Assembly (NCBI RefSeq): GCF_022045235.1 | Contig: NW_027266343.1 | Location: 372,001 to 436,000, forward strand | Direction: 5' to 3' | Origin: Haliotis cracherodii | Taxonomy: Eukaryota | DNA length: 64,000 nt | Part shown: positions 25,647-39,800 of the stretch, piece after piece | How positions within the stretch are numbered: position 1 is the stretch's first letter | Layout of the letters: each line of letters starts with the position of its first letter | Notes under the pieces: generated by a model | Database searches by the model: none | The model's input: only the letters and a program-made list of their open reading frames with translations | Told to the model about the DNA's origin: nothing | Translations under genes and position numbers: made by a program

Positions 25647-26096
25647 AATTGAACTCGGGGACAACCACAACGGGACGCGCTGACTCGGTTTGGTACAGCC
25701 GGCCTCCGACGGGAGCGCCAAGTCGGGAGCACCGGGCGCCGAAAAGAACCGGACGCGCCGACTTGGCTTGGGTGCGCCGGCCTCCGACGGGAGCGCCAAG
25801 TCGGGAGCACCCGGCGCCGATAAGAACGGGACGCGCCGACTTGGCTTGGGTGCGCCGGCCTCCGACGGGAGCGCCAAGTCGGGAGCACCCGGCGCCGATA
25901 AGAACCGGACGCGCCGACTTGGCTTGGGTGCGCCGGCCTCCGACGGGAGCGCCAAGTCGGGAGCACCCGGCGCCGATAAGAACGGGACGCGCCGACTTGG
26001 GTCGGGGTCACTCCCGTGGAGACGACAGAGACAAGGTGAAATGCCCGTCACGCTTTGAACATCCTCGGAGAACATACCCCGGGGGTCGGGTTCACT
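25647..26096. repeat. CpG-rich island 3 (type A; four 78-bp subrepeats)
   Basis: Same ends as island 2, 78 bp shorter. Confidence 0.9.
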
Positions 26097-29000
26097 GGGG
26101 TGGGGAATGGAGAGGATGAGAGCGGGCAAGAGAGATGATTGGAGTGGGGAAGGTGAGAGAGTGGGAGTGGGGAAGGGAGAGGTTGGTTGTGGGGAAGGTG
26201 AGAGGATGGGAGTGGGGAAGGGTGAGGATGGGAGTGGGGAAGGTGAGAGGATGGGAGCAGGTGAAGGTGAGAGAATTGGAGTGGAAAAGGGAGACAATGG
26301 GAATCGGGAAGGGAGAGGATGGTATTGGGAAATGTCAGAGGATGGGAGCATGGAAGGTGAGAGGATAGGAGTGGGGAATGGAGAAGATGAGGGTACGAAG
26401 GGAGCTGATGGGATTGGGGAAGGGAGATGATGGTAATGGGGAAGGGAGGGAAAGGTATTTGGGAAGGGGAAGATGGGAGTGGGGAAGGGATATGATTGGA
26501 GTAGAGAAGGGAGGGGATTGTAATGGGGAAGGGAGATGAAGGTAGTGGGGAAGGGAGAGAATGGAAGTGGGGAATGGAGAGGATGACAGTAGGGAAGGGA
26601 AAGGATGGGAGTAGGGAAGGGAGAAAACGGGAGTGAGAAGGGAGCTGAACGGAGTAAAGATGGTAATGGGGAAGGGAGGGGATTGTAATGGGGAAGGGAG
26701 ATGAAGGTAGTGGGGAAGGGAGAGAATGGGAGTGGAGAAGGGAGATGATGTGGGGAAAATGGGGAAAGATGCCAGTGGGGAAGGGAGAGGGTGATAGTGA
26801 GGAATGGAGAGGGAGGTAGAGGAGAAAAGAGAAGATGTTTATTGGGAAGGGACATGATGGTAGTGGGGAAGGGAGAGGATGGTAGTGGAAAAGGGAGAGG
26901 ATGTGAGTCGGGAAGGAAGAGGATGGGAGTGGAGAAGGGAGAGGATGGGAGTGGGGAATGGAGAGGATGAGAGTGGGGAAGGGAGAGGATGGGAATGGGG
27001 AAGAGAGAGGATGGGATTTGGGAAGGGAGGGGATGAGAGTAGGGAAGGTGAGAGGATGGTAGCGGGGAAGGGTGAGTGGGAATTGGAGTGGAAAAGGGAG
27101 ACAATTGGAATCGGGAAGGGAGAGGATGGTAGTGGGGAAGGGACAGAATGGGAGTAGGGAAGGGAGAGGGTGGGAGTGCAGAACGGACAGGATGGGAGTG
27201 GGGAAGAGAGAGGACGGGAGTGGAGAAGGGAGATGATGGGAGTAGAGAAGGGAGAAGATGCCAGTGGGGAAGGGAGAGGGTGGTAGTGGGGAAGGTGAGA
27301 GGATCGGAGTTGAGAAAGGAGAAGTTGAGAGTGGGGAAGAGAGAGGATGAGAATGGGGAAGGGACAGGATATTTATTGGGAAGGGATATGATGGTAGTGG
27401 GGAAGGGAGAGGATGGTAGTTGGAAAAGGAGAGGATGTGAGTAGGGAAGGGAGAGGATGGGAGTGGGGAATCGAGAGCATGAGAGTGGGGAAGGGAGAGG
27501 ATGGGAATGGGGAAGGGAGAGAATGGGAGTGCAGAAGGGACAGGATGGGAGTGGGGAAGAGAGAGCATGGGAGTGGGGAAGGGAGATGATGGGAGAAGAG
27601 AAGGGAGAAGATGCCAGTGGTAGTGAAGAAGGGAGATGATGGTAGCGGGGAAGAGAGAGGGTAGGATTAGAGAAGGGAGAGGATGGTTATGGGGAAGGGA
27701 GATGAAGGTAGTGGGGAAGGGAGAGCATGGGAGTGGAGAAGGGAGATGATGTGGTGAAAAGGGAGAATATGCCATTGGGGAAGGGAGAGGGCGGTAGTGG
27801 GGAACGGAGTGGGTGGTGTAGGGGAACAGACAGGATGTTTATTGGGCAGGGACATGATGGTAGTGGGGAAGGGAGAGACAGGTGGCAGAGAAGGGAGAGG
27901 ATGGCAGTAGGGAAGGGAAAAGATAGGAGTAGGGAAGGGAGAGAACGGGAGTGAGAAGGGAGCTGAACGGAGTAAAGATGGTAATGGGGAAGGGAGAGGA
28001 AGGTATTGGGGAAGGGGAGGATGGGAGTGGGGAAGGGAGATGATGGGAGTAGAGAAGGGAAAAGACGCCAGTGAGGAAGGGAGAGGGTGGTAGTGGGGAA
28101 TGGAGAGGGTGGTAGTGGGGAAGAGACAACATGTTTATTGGGAAGGGACATGATGGTAGTGGGGAAGGGAGAGGGTTTGGGGAGTGGGGAATGGAGAAAA
28201 TGGGAGTGGGGAATGGAGAGGGTTGTAGTGTGGAAGGTGAGAGGATGGGAGTTGGGAAGGGAGAAGATGAGAGTGGGGAAGAGAGAGGTTGGGAGTGGAG
28301 AAGGGAGATGATGGTAGTGGGGAAGGGAGAGGATAGGAGTAGACAAGGGAGAAGATGCCAGTGGGGAATGGAGAGGGTGGTAGTTGGGAAGGTGAGAGGA
28401 TGGGAGTGGGGAAGGGAGAGGATGGGAGTGGGGAAGGGAGATGATTGGAGTGGGGAAGGGAGATGATGGGAGCAGAGAAGGGAAAGGATGGTTATAGGGG
28501 AAGGGAGAGGGTGCTAGTGAGGAATGGAGAGGGTGGTAGTGGGGAAGAGACAGCATGTTTATTGGGAAGGGACATGATAGTAGTGAGGAAGGGAGAGGAT
28601 GGTAGTGGGGAGGGGAGAGGATGTAAGTAGGGAAGGGAGAGGATGGGAGTGGGGAAGGGAGAGGATGGAAGTGGGGAAGAGAGAGACTGGGAGTGGGGAA
28701 GGGAGAGGATGAGAGTGGGGAAGGTGAGAGAATGGGAGTGGGGAATGGAGAGGATGACAGTAGGGAAGGGAAAGGATGGGAGTAAGGAAGGGAGAGAACG
28801 GGAGTGAGAAGGGAGCTGAACGGAGTAAAGATGGTAATGGGGAAGGGAGAGGAAGGTATTGGGGAAGGGGAGGATGGGAGTGGGGAAGGGAGATGATGGA
28901 AATAGAGAAGGGAGAAGATGGCAGTTGGGAAGGGAGAGGGTGGTAGTGAGGAATGGAGAGGGAGGTAGAGGGGAACAGACAAGATGTTTATTGGGAAGGG

Positions 29001-31251
29001 ACATGATGGTAGTGCGGAAGGGAGAGGATGGTAGTGAGGAAGAGAGAGGATGGGAGTGGGGAAGGGAGAGAACGGGAGTGAGAAGGGAGCTGAACAGAGT
29101 AAAGACGGTAATGGGGAAGGGAGAGGAAGGTATTGGGGAAGGGGAGGATGGGAGTGGGAAGGGAGAGGATGGGAGTAGAGAAGGGAGAAGATGGCAGTTG
29201 GGAAGGGAGAGGGTGGTAGTGAGGAATGGAGAGGGAGGTAGAGGGGAACAGACAGGATGTGGAAGGTGAGAGAATGGGAGTGGGGAATGGAGGGGATGGG
29301 AGTGGGGAAGGGAGAGGATGGGAGTGGGGAAGGTGAGAGGATGGGAGCGGTGAAGAGAGAAGCTGGGATTAGGGAAGGGAGAGGATGGGAGTAGGGAAGG
29401 GAGAGGATGGGAGTGGGGAAGGGAGAAGATGGGAGTAGGGAAGGGAGATGATTGGAGTGGGGAAGGTAAGAGAATCGGAGTGGGGAAGGTGAGAGGATGG
29501 GAGCGGGGAATGGAGAGGATGAGAGTGGGAAAGGGAGAGGATGGGAGTAGGGAAGGGAGATGGTGGGATTGGGGAAGGGAGATGATGGTATAAAGAGGAT
29601 GGTAGTGGGGAAGAGACACGATGTTTATTGGGAAGGGACATGATGGTATTGGGGAAGGGAGAGGATGGTAATTGGGAAGGGAGAGGATGTGCATGGGGAA
29701 GGGAGAGGATGGGAGTGGGGAAGGGAAAGAATTGGAGTAGGGAAGGGAGAGGATGGGAGTGCGGAAGGGACAGGATGGGAGTGGGGAAGAGAGAGGATGG
29801 GAGTGGAGAAGAGAGATGATGGGAGTAGAGAAGGGAGAAGACGCCAGTGGAGAAGGGAGAGGGTGCTAGTGAGGAATAGAGAGGGTGGTAGTGGGGAAAA
29901 GACAGCATGTTTACTGGGAAGGGACATGATAGTAGTGCAGAAGGGACAGGGTGGGAGTGGGGAAGAGAGAGGATGGGAGTGGAGAAGGGAGATGATGGGA
30001 GTAGAGAAGGGAGAGGGTGGTAGTGGGGAAGAGACAGCATGTTTATTGGGAAGGGACATGATAGTAAGGGAGAGGGTGTGGGGATTGGGGAATAGAGAGA
30101 ATGTAGAGAAGGGAGATGATGGGAGTAGAGAAGGGAGAAGATGCCCGTCGGGAATGGAGAGGGTGGTAGTGGGGAAAGGAGAGGATGAAAGAGGGGAAGG
30201 GAGAGGATGGGAGTGGGGAAGGATGAGAGTGGGGAAGGTGAGTGAATGGTAGTGTGGAAAGGAGAGGATGAGAGTAGGGAAGGGAAAGGATGGGAGTGAG
30301 AAGGGAGCTGGACGGAGTAAAGATGGTAATGGGGAAGGGAGAGGAAGGTATTGGGGAAGGGGACGATAGGAGTGGGGAAGGGAGATGATGGTAGTTGGAA
30401 ATGGAGAGGGTGGTAGTGGGGAAAAGTCAGCATGTTTATTGGGAAGGGACATGATAGTAGTGCGGAAGGGACAGGGTGGGAGTGGGGAAGAGAGAGTATG
30501 GGAGTGGAGAAGGGAGATGATGGGAGTAGAGAAGGGAGAGGGTGGTAGTGGGGAAGAGACAACATGTTTATTGGGAAGGGACATGATGGTAGTGGGGAAG
30601 GGAGAGGGTGTGGGGAGTGGGGAATGGAGAGAATGGGAGTGGGGAAGTGAGAGGATGGGAGTAGGGAAGGTGATAGGATGCCAGTCGGGAATGGAAAGGG
30701 TGGTTGTGGGGAAGGTGAGAGGATGGGATTGGGGAAGGGTGAGGATGGGAGTGGGGAAGAGAAAGGATGGGAGTGGAGAAGGAGTGGAGTGGAGATGATG
30801 GTAATGGGGAAGGGAGGGAAAGGTATTTGGGAAGGGGAGGATGGGAGTGGGGAAGGGATATGATGGGAGTAGAGAAGGGAGAGGATGGGATTGGGGAAGG
30901 GAGATGATGGTAATGGGGAAGGGAGGGAAAGGTATTTGGGAAGGGGAGGGTGGGAGTGGGGAAGGGATATGATGGGAGTAGAGAAGGGAGAGGATGGTAA
31001 TGGGGAAGGGAGGTGAAGGTAGTGGGGAAGGGAGAGAATGGGAGTGGAGAAGGGAGATGATGTGGGGAAAATGGGGAAAGATGCCAGTGGGGAAGGGAGA
31101 GGGTGGTAGTGAGGAATGGAGAGGGAGGTAGAGGGGAACAGACAGGATGTTTATTGGGAAGGGACATGATGGTAGTGAGGAAGGCAGAGGATGGTAGTGA
31201 GGAAGGGAGAGGATGGGAGTGGGAAAGGGAGAGGATGGGATTGTGGAAGGG

Positions 31252-31442
31252 AATTGAACTCGGCGACAACCACAACGGGACGCGCTGACTTGGTTTGGTA
31301 CAGCTGGCCTCCGACGGGAGCGCCAAGTCGGCACTCGCCGACTTGGGTCGGGGTCACTCCCGGGGAGACGACAGAGACAAGGCGAAATGCCCGTCACGTT
31401 TTGAACATCCTTGGAGAAAATACCCCCGGGGTCGGGTTCACT
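31252..31442. repeat. CpG-rich island 4 (type A, collapsed to one partial subrepeat)
   Basis: Same ends; internal CCAAGTCGGCACTCGCCGACTTGG hairpin. Confidence 0.88.
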
Positions 31443-33638
31443 GGGGTGGGGAATGGAGAGGATGAGAGTGGGGAAGAGAGATGATTGGAGTGGGGAAGGT
31501 GAAGGAATGGGAGTGGGGAAGGGAGAGGATGGTTGTGGGGAAGGTAAGAGGATGGGAGTGGGGAAGAGAAAGGATGGGAGTGGAGAAAGGAGATGATGAT
31601 AATGGGGAAGGGAGGGAAAGGTATTTGGGAAGGGAGAGGATGGGATTGGGGAAGGGAGATGATGGTAATGGGGAAGGGAGGGAAAGGTATTTGGGAAGGG
31701 GAGGGTGGGAGTGGGGAAGGGATATGATGGGAGTAGAGAAGGGAGAGGATGGTAATGGGGAAGGGAGGTGAAGGTAGTGGGGAAGGGAGAGAATGGGAGT
31801 GGAGAAGGGAGATGATGTGGGCAAAATGGGGAAAGATGCCAGTGGGGAAGGGAGAGGGTGGTAGTGAGGAATGGAGAGGGTGGTAATGGGAAAGAGACAG
31901 CATGTTTCTTGGGAAGGGACATGATGGTAGGGGAGAGGGTGTGGGGAGTAGGGAATGGGGAGGATGGGAGTGTGGAAGTGAGAGGATGGGAGTAGGGAAG
32001 GTGAGAGGATGGGAGCAGCTGAAGTTGAGAGAACTGGAGTGGAAAAGGGAGACGATGGGAATTGGGAACGGAGATGATGGTAGTGGGAAATGTGAGACGA
32101 TGGGAGCATGGTAGGTGAGAGGTTGGGAGTGGGGAATGGAGAGGATGGGAGTGGGGAAGGGAAAAGATGGGAGTGGGGAAGGGAAAAGTTGGGAGCGTGG
32201 AAGGTGAGAGGATGAGAGTGTGGAAGGGAGAGGATCGGAGTAGGGAAGGGAGAGGGTGGTATTAGGGAAGGGAGAGGATTGGAGTGGGGAAGGTGAGAGA
32301 ATGGGAGTGGGTAATGGAGAGAACGGGAGTGAGAAGGGAGCTGAACGGAGTAAAGATGGTAATGGGGAAGGGAGAGGAAGGTATTGGGGAAGGGGATGAT
32401 GGGAGTGTGGAAGGGAGATGATGGGAGTAGAGAAGGGAGAAGATGGCAGTGGGGAATGGAGAGGATGAGAGTGGGGAAGGGAGAGGATTGTAGTGGTGAA
32501 GGGTGAGTTGGAATTGGAGTCGAAAAGGGAGACAATTGGATTTGGGAAGGGAGAGGATGGTAGTGGGATATGTGAGAGGATGGGAGCATGGAAGGTGAGA
32601 GGATGGGAGTGGGGAAGGGAGAGGATGAGAGTAGGGAAGGGAGTTGGTGGGATATGGGAAGGGAGATGATGGTAATGGAGAGGGTGTTAGTGGGGAATAG
32701 AGAGGGTGGTAATAGGGAAGGGAGAGGATGAAAGTGGGGAAGGTGAGAGAATGGGAGCGGTGAATGGAGAGAACGGAAGTGAGAAGGGAGCTGAACGGAG
32801 TAAAGATGGTAATGGGGAAGGAAGAGGAAGGTTTTTGGGAAGGGGAGGATGGGAGTGTGGAAGGGAGATGATGGGAGTAGAGAAGGGAGAAGATGCCAGT
32901 GGGGAAGTGAGAGGGTGGTAGTGAGGAATGGAGAGGATGAGAGTGGGAAAGGGAGAGGATGGGAGTAGGGAAGGTGAGATGATTGGAGTGGGGAAGGTGA
33001 GAGAATGGGAGTGGGGAAGGTGAGAGGATGGGAGTGGGGAATGGAGAGGATGAGAGTGGGGAAGGGAGAGGATGGGAGTGGGGAAGGGTGAGTGGGAATT
33101 GGAGTCGAAAAGGGAGACAATTGGATTCGAGAAGGGAGAGGATGGTAGTGGGATATGTGAGAGGATGGGAGCATGGAAGTTGAGAGGATGGGAGTGGGGA
33201 AGGGAGACGATGAGAGTAGGGAAGGGAGATGGTGGGATTCGGGAAGGGAGATGATGGTAATGGAGAGGGTGGTATTGGGGAAGAGACAGGATGTTTATTG
33301 GGAAGGGAGAGGATGGTGGTGGGGAAGGGAGAGGATGTGAGTAGGGAACGGAGAGGATGGGAGTGGGGAATGGAGAGAATGAGAGTAGGGAAGGGAGAGG
33401 ATGGGAGTGTGGAAAGGAGAGGATGGGAGTGGGGAAGGGAGAGAATGGGAGTAGGGAAGGGAGAGGATGGGAGTGCGGAAGGGACAGGATGGGAGTGGAG
33501 AAGAGAGAGGATGGGAGTGGAAAAGGGAGATGATGGGAGTATAGAAGGGAGAAGATGCCAATTAGAAAGGGAGAGCGTGGTAGTGAGGAATGGAGAGGGT
33601 GGTTGTGGGGAAGGTGAGAGGATGGGATTGTGGAAGGG

Positions 33639-33829
33639 AATTGAACTCGGCGACAACCACAACGGGACGCGCTGACTTGGTTTGGTACAGCTGGCCTCCG
33701 ACGGGAGCGCCAAGTCGGCACTCGCCGACTTGGGTCGGGGTCACTCCCGGGGAGACGACAGAGACAAGGCGAAATGCCCGTCACGCTTTGAACATCCTCG
33801 GAGAAAATACCCCCGGGGTCGGGTTCACT
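33639..33829. repeat. CpG-rich island 5 (copy of island 4, offset 2387 bp)
   Basis: Near-identical to 31252-31442. Confidence 0.88.
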
Positions 33830-36800
33830 GGGGTGGGGAATGGAGAGGATGAGAGTGGGGAAGAGAGATGATTGGAGTGGGGAAGGTGAAGGAATGGGAG
33901 TGGGGAAGGGAGAGGATGGTTGTGGGGAAGGTAAGAGGATGGGAGTGGGGAAGAGAAATGATGGGAGTGGAGAAAGGAGATGATGATAATGGGGAAGGGA
34001 GGGAAAGGTATTTGGGAAGGGAGAGGATGGGATTGGGGAAGGGAGATGATTGTAATGGGGAAGGGAGGGAAAGGTATTTGGGAAGGGGAGGGTGGGAGTG
34101 GGGAAGGGATATGATGGGAGTAGAGAAGGGAGAGGATGGTAATGGGTAAGGGAGGTGAAGGTAGTGGGGAAGGGAGAGAATGGGAGTGGAGAAGGGAGAT
34201 GATGTGGGCAAAATGGGGAAAGATGCCAGTGGGGAAGGGAGAGGGTGGTAGTGAGGAATGGAGAGGGTGGTAATGGGAAAGAGACAGCATGTTTCTTGGG
34301 AAGGGACATGATGGTAGGGGAGAGGGTGTGGGGAGTAGGGAATGGGGAGGATGGGAGTGTGGAAGTGAGAGGATGGGAGTAGGGAAGGTGAGAGGATGGG
34401 AGCAGCTGAAGTTGAGAGAATTGGAGTGGAAAAGGGAGACGATGGGAATTGGGAACGGAGATGATGGTAGTGGGAAATGTGAGACGATGGGAGCATGGTA
34501 GGTGAGAGGTTGGGAGTGGGGAATGGAGAGGATGGGAGTGGGGAAGGGAAAAGATGGGAGTGGGGAAGGGAAAAGTTGGGAGCGTGGAAGGTGAGAGGAT
34601 GAGAGTGTGGAAGGGAGAGGATCGGAGTAGGGAAGGGAGAGGGTGGTATTAGGGAAGGGAGAGGATTGGAGTGGGGAAGGTGAGAGAATGGGAGTGGGTA
34701 ATGGAGAGAACGGGAGTGAGAAGGGAGCTGAACGGAGTAAAGATGGTAATGGGGAAGGGAGAGGAAGGTATTGGGGAAGGGGATGATGGGAGTGTGGAAG
34801 GGAGATGATGGGAGTAGAGAAGGGAGAAGATGGCAGTGGGGAATGGAGAGGATGAGAGTGGGGAAGGGAGAGGATTGTAGTGGTGAAGGGTGAGTGGGAA
34901 TTGGAGTCGAAAAGGGAGACAATTGGATTCGGGAAGGGAGAGGATGGTAGTGGGATATGTGAGAGGATGGGAGCATTGAAGGTGAGAGGATGGGAGTGGG
35001 GAAGGGAGAGGATGAGAGTAGGGAAGGGAGTTGGTGGGATATGGGAAGGGAGATGATGGTAATGGAGAGGGTGTTAGTGGGGAATAGAGAGGGTGGTAAT
35101 AGGGAAGGGAGAGGATGAAAGTGGGGAAGGTGAGAGAATGGGAGCGGTGAATGGAGAGAACGGAAGTGAGAAGGGAGCTGAACGGAGTAAAGATGGTAAT
35201 GGGGAAGGAAGAGGAAGGTTTTCGGGAAGGGGAGGATGGGAGTGTGGAAGGGAGATGATGGGAGTAGAGAAGGGAGAAGATGCCAGTGGGAAAGTGAGAG
35301 GGTGGTAGTGAGGAATGGAGAGGATGAGAGTGGGAAAGGGAGAGGATGGGAGTAGGGAAGGTGAGATGATTGGAGTGGGGAAGGTGAGAGAATGGGAGTG
35401 GGGAAGGTGAGAGGATGGGAGTGGGGAATGGAGAGGATGAGAGTGGGGAAGGGAGAGGATGGGAGTGGGGAAGGGTGAGTGGGAATTGGAGTCGAAAAGG
35501 GAGACAATTGGATTCGAGAAGGGAGAGGATGGTAGTGGGATATGTGAGAGGATGGGAGCATGGAAGTTGAGAGGATGGGAGTGGGGAAGGGAGACGATGA
35601 GAGTAGGGAAGGGAGATGGTGGGATTCGGGAAGGGAGATGATGGTAATGGAGAGGGTGGTATTGGGGAAGAGACAGGATGTTTATTGGGAAGGGAGAGGA
35701 TGGTGGTGGGGAAGGGAGAGGATGTGAGTAGGGAACGGAGAGGATGGGAGTGGGGAATGGAGAGAATGAGAGTAGGGAAGGGAGAGGATGGGAGTGTGGA
35801 AAGGAGAGGATGGGAGTGGGGAAGGGAGAGAATGGGAGTGGGGAAGGGAGAGGATGGGAGTGCGGAAGGGACAGGATGGGAGTGGAGAAGAGAGAGGATG
35901 GGAGTGGAAAAGGGAGATGATGGGAGTATAGAAGGGAGAAGATGCCAATGAGAAAGGGAGAGCGTGGTAGTGAGGAATGGAGAGGGTGGTAGTGCGGAAT
36001 GGAGAGGGTGGTAGTGCGGAAGGTGAGAGGATGAAAGTGGAGAAGGTGAGAGAATGGGAGCGGTGAATGGAGAGAACGGGAGTGAGAAGGGAGCTGAACG
36101 GAGTAAAGATGGTAATGGGGAAGGGAGAGGAAGGTTTTGGGGAAGGGGAGGATGGGAGTTTGGAAGGGAGATGATGGGAGTAGAGAAGGGAGAAGATGCC
36201 AGTGGGGAAGGGATAGGGTAGTAGTTAGGAATGGAGAGGATGAGAGTGGGGAAGGGAGAGGATGGGAGTGGGGAAGGGAGATAATTGGAGTGGGGAAGGG
36301 AGATGATGGGAGCAGAGAAGGGAAAGGATGGTTATAGGGAAGGGAAATGAAGGTAGTGGGGAAGGGAAAGGATGGGAGTGGAGAAGGGAGATGATGTGGT
36401 GAAAAGGGAGAAGATGCCATCGGGGAAGGGAGAGGGTGGTAGTGCGGAACGGAGAGGGTGGTATTGGGGAAGAGACAGGATGCTTATTGGGCAGGGACAT
36501 GATGAAAAGGGGAAGGGAGAGGATGGGAGTGAAGAAAGGAGATGATGGTAGTGGGGAAGGGAGGGGATGGGAGTGGGAAAGGGAGAGGTTGGGAGTGAGG
36601 AATGGAGAGAACGGGAGTGACAAGGGAGCTGAACAGAGTAAAGATGGTAATGGGGAAGGGAGAAAAAGGTATTGGGGAAGGGGAGGATGGGAGTGGGAAG
36701 GGAGAGGATGGGAGTAGAGAAGGGAGAAGATGGCAGTTGGGAAGGGAGAGGGTGGTAGTGAGGAATGGAGAGGGAGGTAGAGGGGAACAGACAGGATGTT

Positions 36801-39800
36801 TATTGGGAAGGGACATGATGGTAGTGGGAAATGTGAGACGATGGGGAAATGGAAGGTGAGAGAATGGGAGTGGGGAATGGAGGGGATGGGAGTGGGAAAG
36901 GGAGAGGATGGGAGTGGGGAAGGTGAGAGGATGGGAGCGGTGAAGAGAGAGGATGGGATTGGGTAAGGGAGAGGATGGGAGTGGGGAAGGTGAGAGGATG
37001 GTAACGGGGAGGGAGAGGATGGGAGTGGAGAAGGTGAGAGGATGGGAAAGGGGAAGAGAGAGTCTGGGATTAGGGAAGGGAGAGGATGGGAGTAGGGAAG
37101 GAGAGGATAGGAGTGCGGAAGGGACTTGATGGGAGTGGGGAAGAGAGAGGATGAGAGTGGGGAAGAGTGAGGATGGGAGTGGGGAAGGGAGAGGATGAGA
37201 GTGGGGAAGGGAGAGGATGGGAGTAGGGAAGGGAGATGGCGGGATTGGGGAAGGGAGATGATGGTAATGGAGAGGGTGTTAGTGGGGAATGGAGAGGGTA
37301 GTATTGGGGAAGGGAGAGGATGAAAGTGGGGAAGGTGAGAGAATGGGAGCGGTGAATGGAGAGAACGGGAGTGAGAAGGGAGCTGAACGGAGTAAAGATG
37401 GTAATGGGGAAGGGAGAGGAAGGTTTTGGGGAAGGGGAGGATGGGAGTGTGGAAGGGAGATGATGGGAGTAGAGAAGGGAGAAGATGCCAGTAGGGAAGT
37501 GAGAGGGTGGTAGTGAGGAATGGAGAGGATGAGAGTGGGAAAGGGAGAGGATGGGAGTAGGGAAGGTGAGATGATTGGAGTGGGGAAGGTGAGAGAATGG
37601 GAGTGGGGAAGGTGAGAGGATGGGAGTGGGGAATGGTGAGGATGAGAGTGGGGAAGGGAGAGGAATGGAGTGGGCAAGGGTGAGTGGGAATTGGAGTGGA
37701 AAAGGGAGACAATTGGATTCGGGAAGGGAGAGGATGGTAATGGGATATGTGAGAGGATGGGAGCATGGAAGGTGAGATGATGGGAAGGGAAGGGACATGA
37801 TCGTAGGGGAGAGGGTGTGGGGATTGGGGAATGGAGAGGATGGGAGTAGAGAAGGGAGATGATGGGAGTAGAGAAGGGAGAAGATGCCCGTCGGGAATGG
37901 AGAGGGTGGTAGTGGGGAAAGGAGAGGATGAAAGAGGGGAAGGGAGAGGATGGGAGTGGGGAAGGATGAGAGTGGGGAAGGTGAGAGAATGGTAGTGGGG
38001 AAAGGAGAGGATGAGAGTAGGGAAGGGAAAGGATGGGAGTGAGAAGGGAGCTGGACGGAGTAAAGATGGTAATGGGGAAGGGAGAGGAAGGTATTGGGGA
38101 AGGGGACGATAGGAGTGGGGAAGGGAGATGATGGTAGTGGGAAATGGAGAGGGTGGTAGTGGGGAAAAGACAGCATGTTTATTGGGAAGGGACATGATAG
38201 TAGTGCGGAAGGGACAGGGTGGGAGTGGGGAAGAGAGAGGATGGGAGTGGAGAAGGGAGATGATGGGAGTAGAAAAGGGAGAGGGTGTGGGGAGTGGGGA
38301 ATGGAGAGAATGGGAGTGGGGAAGTGAAAGGATGGGAGTAGGGAAGGTGAGAGGATGCCAGTCGGGAATGGAAAGGGTGGTTGTGGGGAAGGTGAGAGGA
38401 TGGGAGTGAGGAAGGGTGAGGATGGGAGTGGGGAAGAGAAAGGATGGGAGTGGAGAAGGGATTAGATGGTAATGGGGAAGGGAGGGAAAGGTATTTGGGA
38501 AGGGGAGGATGGGAGTGGGGAAGGGATATGATGGGAGTAGAGAAGGGAGAGGATGGAATTGGGGAAGGGAGATGATGGTAATGGGGAAGGGAGGGAAAGG
38601 TATTTGGGAAGGGGGGGGGGGGTGGGAGTGGGGAAGGGATATGATGGGAGTAGAGAAGGGAGAGGATGGTAATGGGGAAGGGAGGTGAAGGTAGTGGGGA
38701 AGGAAGAGAATGGGAGTGGAGAAGGGAGATGATGTGGGGAAAATGAGGAAAGATGCCAGTGGGGAAGGGAGAGGGTGGTAGTGAGGAATGGAGAGGGTGG
38801 TAATGGGGAAGAGACAGCATGTTTATTGGGAAGGGACATGATGGTAGGGGAGAGGGTGTGGGGAGTAGGGAATGGGGAGGATGGGAGTGTGGAAGTGAGA
38901 GGATTGGAGTAGGGAAGGTGAGAGGATGGGAGCAGCTGAAGGTGAGAGAATTGGAGTGGAAAAGGGAGACAATGGGAATTGGGAACGGAGAGGATGGTAG
39001 TGGGAAATGTGAGACGATGGGAGCATGGTAGGTGAGAGGTAGGAGTGGGGAATGGAGAGGATGGGTGTGGGGGAGGGAGAGGATGGGAGTGGGGAAGGGA
39101 AAAGATGGGAGTGGGGAAGGTGAGAGGATGAGAGTGGTGAAGAGAGGGGATGGGATTTGGGAACGGAGAGGATGGGAGCGGGGAAGGTGAGAGGATGAAA
39201 GTGGGGAAGGGAGAGGATGGGAGTAGGGAAGGGAGATGATTGGAGTGGGGAAGGTGAGAGAATAGGAGTGGGTAATGGAGAGAACGGGAGTGAGAATGGA
39301 GCTGAACGGAGTAAAGATGGTAATGGGGAAGGGAGAGGAAGGTATTGGGGAAGGGGATGATGGGAGTGTGGAAGGGAGATGATGGGAGTAGAGAAGGGAG
39401 AAGATGGCAGTGGGGAATGGAGAGGATGAGAGTGGGGGAGGGAGAGGGTTTTAGTGGGGAAGGGTGAGTGGGAATTGGAGTCGAAAAGGGAGACAATTGG
39501 ATTCGGGAAAGGAGAGGATGGTAGTGGGATATGTGAGAGGATGGAAGCATGGAAGGTGAGAGGATGGGAGTGGGGAAGGGAGAGGATGAGAGTAGGGAAG
39601 GGAGATGATGGTAGTGGGGAAGGGAGATGATGGTAATGGAGAGGGTGTAAGTGGGGAATGGAGAGGGTGATATTGGGGAAGGGAGAGGATGAAAGTGGGG
39701 AAGGTGAGAGAATGGGAGCGGTGAATGGAGAGAACGGAAGTGAGAAGGGAGCTGAACGGAGTAAAGATGGTAATGGGGAAGGGAGAGGAAGGTTTTGGGG

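Larger units (their letters stand above)
31229..35990. repeat. 2387-bp tandem duplication within the satellite
   Basis: ORFs 31438..33174 and 33825..35561 are near-identical, offset 2387. Confidence 0.92.
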